From positions 1 through 35,814 of the forward strand of contig NW_021829918.1 of the NCBI RefSeq assembly GCF_006345805.1: a stretch of DNA of 35,814 nt, in the 5' to 3' direction. The stretch is from Octopus sinensis. Its lineage: Eukaryota. This document shows, piece by piece, positions 32,646 through 35,814 of the stretch; position 1 is the first letter of the stretch; each line of letters begins with the position of its first letter. The notes below the pieces were generated by a model that saw only the letters and a list, made by a program, of their open reading frames with translations, was not told where the DNA came from and made no database searches. The position numbers and the translations under genes were made by a program.

Positions 32646-33138
32646 TTACACATATGAATGATAAAATCAGCGGGCTCGGGAAGTGTCGGAGAGAAAGCAA
32701 AACTGGGGGAAAGGCGGAGAGAGGGAGCCATTGGAGAATTGCAACGTGTTTGAAAGCAATTGGGAGAAGGACATGTTGTAACAATCTAATGCAATTGCGA
32801 AATTTAATTAAGGTTAATAGGTTTTCTGCTGCGGAACAAGAATTCCAATAACCAATTTCTGTGAACGCATGATTGCATGTAAGGGACATTACAGCAGTTG
32901 TCGGAAAGCGCAACATGTCATTGCATCATTGATGGATTGAGATTTCCAGGAAGTACTTCTGTGTCGTTTAGCTTTGTGCACTGCCTGCAGTTTGCAGTTT
33001 TGCAGCGTGCAGCTTCCGTTTCGGTTAGTTTTCGATACAGCAATTAGTAAATTCCTGTGAATATCGTTTTGAGTGTGCCATATTTTCTGGTATAGAAGAC
33101 GACGATGTGTGCGTGTATATGTATATATATATATATAT

Positions 33139-33182
<44 letters not shown>

Positions 33183-33299
33183 TATATGTGTATATATATA
33201 TGCATATATATGAATATATATATGCATATATATATATGTATATGTATATATATATGGTATATATATATGTATATATATCTGTATATATATATCTATATA

Positions 33300-33348
<49 letters not shown>

Positions 33349-33394
33349 GCATACATATATATGTATGCATGGAGAACGGACGAAATGATGATGA

Positions 33395-33448
<54 letters not shown>

Positions 33449-33451
33449 TAA

Positions 33452-33646
33452 ATATCTTTACTGCCCACAAGGGGCTAAACACAGAGAGGACAAACTAGGA
33501 CAGACAAAAAGTCGATTACATCGACCCCAGTGCGTAACTGGTACTTATTTAATCGACCCCGAAAGGATGAAAGGCAAAGTTGACCTCGGCGGAATTTGAA
33601 CTCAGAACATAACGGCAGGCGAAATACGGCTACGCATTTCGCCCGG
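33452..33646 (-). mobile_element. SINE family B monomer
   Basis: Reverse complement of the family B unit. Confidence 0.8.
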
Positions 33647-33647
33647 C

Positions 33648-33785
33648 AGCTTGCTTAACAACCACATGGTTCCGGGTTCAGTCCCACTGCGTGGCACCTT
33701 GGGCAGGTGTCTTCTACTATAGCCTCTGGTTGAACAAAGCCTTGTGAGTAGATTTGGTAGACGGAAACTGAAAGAAGCCCGTCAT
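33648..33785 (+). mobile_element. SINE family A fragment
   Basis: AGCTTGCTTAACAACCACATGGTTCCGGGTTCAGTCCC... Confidence 0.75.
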
Positions 33786-33855
33786 AGATAGATCGGTAGC
33801 CACTACACACATTTTTTTTCTCTCCTTGTTTCTCCCCTTGTTTCTTTCTGTGTTC

Positions 33856-33891
33856 CTTTCTGTAGAAGAGCATAGGCTCGAAATGTTAAAG
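33856..33891 (+). ncRNA. Degenerate hammerhead-like motif
   Basis: CUUU-CUGUAGAA-GAGC-AUAG-GCUC-GAAA-UG-UU-AAAG. Helix I CUUU/AAAG, helix II GAGC/GCUC, non-canonical core. Confidence 0.4.
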
Positions 33892-34063
33892 TCTTTTTCA
33901 ACTCCTGACCGTTATACTAATACATCTGTTTGTTTTCTACACCACCTGTCTTCGTCTTTTGTTTTTTTCGTGAATTTTCCCTATATATGTGTGTGTGTGT
34001 GTGTCCGTGTTTGTCCCCACATATATACATATGTATACACACACACTCGCACATATATATACA

Positions 34064-34097
<34 letters not shown>

Positions 34098-34124
34098 CAC
34101 ACACACACATATATATATAGATAT

Positions 34125-34171
<47 letters not shown>

Positions 34172-34228
34172 AATATGTATATACACATATATATGCATAT
34201 ATATTGTACATATATACATATGTTATAT

Positions 34229-34266
<38 letters not shown>

Positions 34267-34304
34267 CAAATATACACACACATATACATACACATATATA
34301 TACA

Positions 34305-34356
<52 letters not shown>

Positions 34357-34425
34357 CATACATACACACAGCTTGTTTACTACACACAATTTGTAGATGT
34401 TTACTAGACATGGACACAGTGTTTG

Positions 34426-34463
<38 letters not shown>

Positions 34464-34651
34464 GCACACATACAGTGTGTATATATTGAGTGGATAGACA
34501 GAGTCAGCGTGTACCTGTTGACCGGGTATATAGATAGCAAACTGACGATGAATAGATATGCTGACGGGAACAACGGCAATGAATCCGGCCCATGGTGGGA
34601 TACTTAACGTTCTCGTAGAATCGAGTGAATAAAATGATGCTTTGAGGTTCT

Positions 34652-35330
34652 TCCTATGATCAGCAGGCCTATGATCAAAGCCGTTCTATCTGTGGCCATC
34701 CTGTCTTTTATCCTGGCATAGTGTATCTTGGACTACTTCATCCAATGTGTCCTTCTTTGTTGTTAAGCCCCATGTTAGACTTTATCCAGCAAATCAAGGA
34801 TCAAGGCTGTTCCAACCGTGACCATCACATCATTTATTCTGACATAGTGTATCTAGGAGTACATCATCTAATGTGTCCTTCCTTGTTGTTGCTTAGTCCT
34901 GATCCAGCAGGCCTATGATCAAAGCCGTTCCATCTGTGGCCATCCTGTCTTTTATCTTGGCATAGTGTATCTTGGACTACATCATCCAATGTGTCCTTCT
35001 TTGTTGTTAAGCCCCATGTTAGATTTTATCATCAAGGCTGTTCCAACTATGACCATCCCATTTGTTTCTTCACACATAATGTATCTTGGAATATATTTGT
35101 CCTTTGTTACTACTGTCATTTAACACCGAGTGAGACATAATCCAGCAAGCATATGCTCAAAGATGATCCAGTTGTGACCATTCCATCTTTTATTCAGGCA
35201 TAGTGTATCTTGGACTACCTTATCTGATGTGTCCTTTGATTTTCAATAAACTAGCTTGTGATATGAATTAACGGTCGTTCAACTGCTATTTCTAGCGGAT
35301 TGAGCAGCTGCCTGCTTAGAGGTTTCCTGG
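34652..35330 (+). repeat. Degenerate ~130-bp repeat family array
   Basis: Same motifs as 19880-20725 (CATAGTGTATCTAGGAGTACA, CCTATGATCAAAG). Confidence 0.8.
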
Positions 35331-35522
35331 TTACTTCCTTTGATGTGGTGGTGTTGAAAGGAGAGTTGAGTGCCTGGCCTAAGGATTGGCCACACAAAGA
35401 ACAAAGAAAAAGGAACAGGAAAGCAAGGAGGGGGAGGAGGAGGAAGTGTGGCAGGGGAAGCAAGGAGGGTTGGTAAGGGGCGGTGGAGGAATGGGTGGTT
35501 TGTTGTTTGAGGCGAAGCAAGC

Positions 35523-35814
35523 ATGATGATGATGATCATCATCATCGTCATCATCGTCATAGTCGTCATCATCACCTCACTACCATCATATTCATGAACT
35601 GACATCACCATCGCCACCACCAACATCACTGTTATCATCATCACCATCATTATCATCATCATCATCATCATTGTCTCCACAACAACCACCACCACCACCA
35701 TCATCATCACCACCATCATCTTTATCACCATCACCACCACCATCATCATCATCATCAGTACCATCACCATCAGTACCATCATCATCTCACTACCACCATC
35801 ACCACCATCATCAT
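35523..35814. repeat. (CAT/CAC)n microsatellite
   Basis: Directly visible. Confidence 0.95.

Larger units (their letters stand above)
33105..34470. repeat. (TA)n-rich microsatellite blocks (33105-33450, 33985-34470)
   Basis: Directly visible. Confidence 0.9.

Noticed and set aside
31720-35814. Next IFT172 exon (expected to resemble VA..HGG..A.K.VAYLWAKSLGG)
   Set aside because: I found no matching peptide with splice sites. It is presumably beyond the window.

Overview
Eukaryotic (animal) genomic DNA, very probably a coleoid cephalopod such as Octopus. That assignment is inferred from the tRNA-derived SINE families and the extreme microsatellite load. The window lies entirely inside one + strand gene, IFT172 (intraflagellar transport 172). 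Thirteen internal GT-AG exons (1469-31719, 1291 nt) splice in frame into about 430 aa of the TPR/alpha-solenoid region. The introns are full of SINEs (at least 4 families), CR1- and RTE-type LINE 3' fragments, a piggyBac-like MITE, a Tc1/mariner fold-back element, mini/microsatellites and tandem arrays. Almost all long ORFs in the ORF track are simple-repeat artefacts. The most interesting non-genic signals are: (i) a near-canonical minimal type I hammerhead ribozyme on the minus strand at 11060-11118, at the tip of a ~145-nt rod-like fold, plus two degenerate hammerhead-like motifs (27115-27159 minus, 33856-33891 plus); (ii) an antisense U6 snRNA 3' fragment at 9790-9826; (iii) head-to-tail SINE multimers with identical junctions at independent loci; (iv) a MITE built from two inverted transposase 3' ends.
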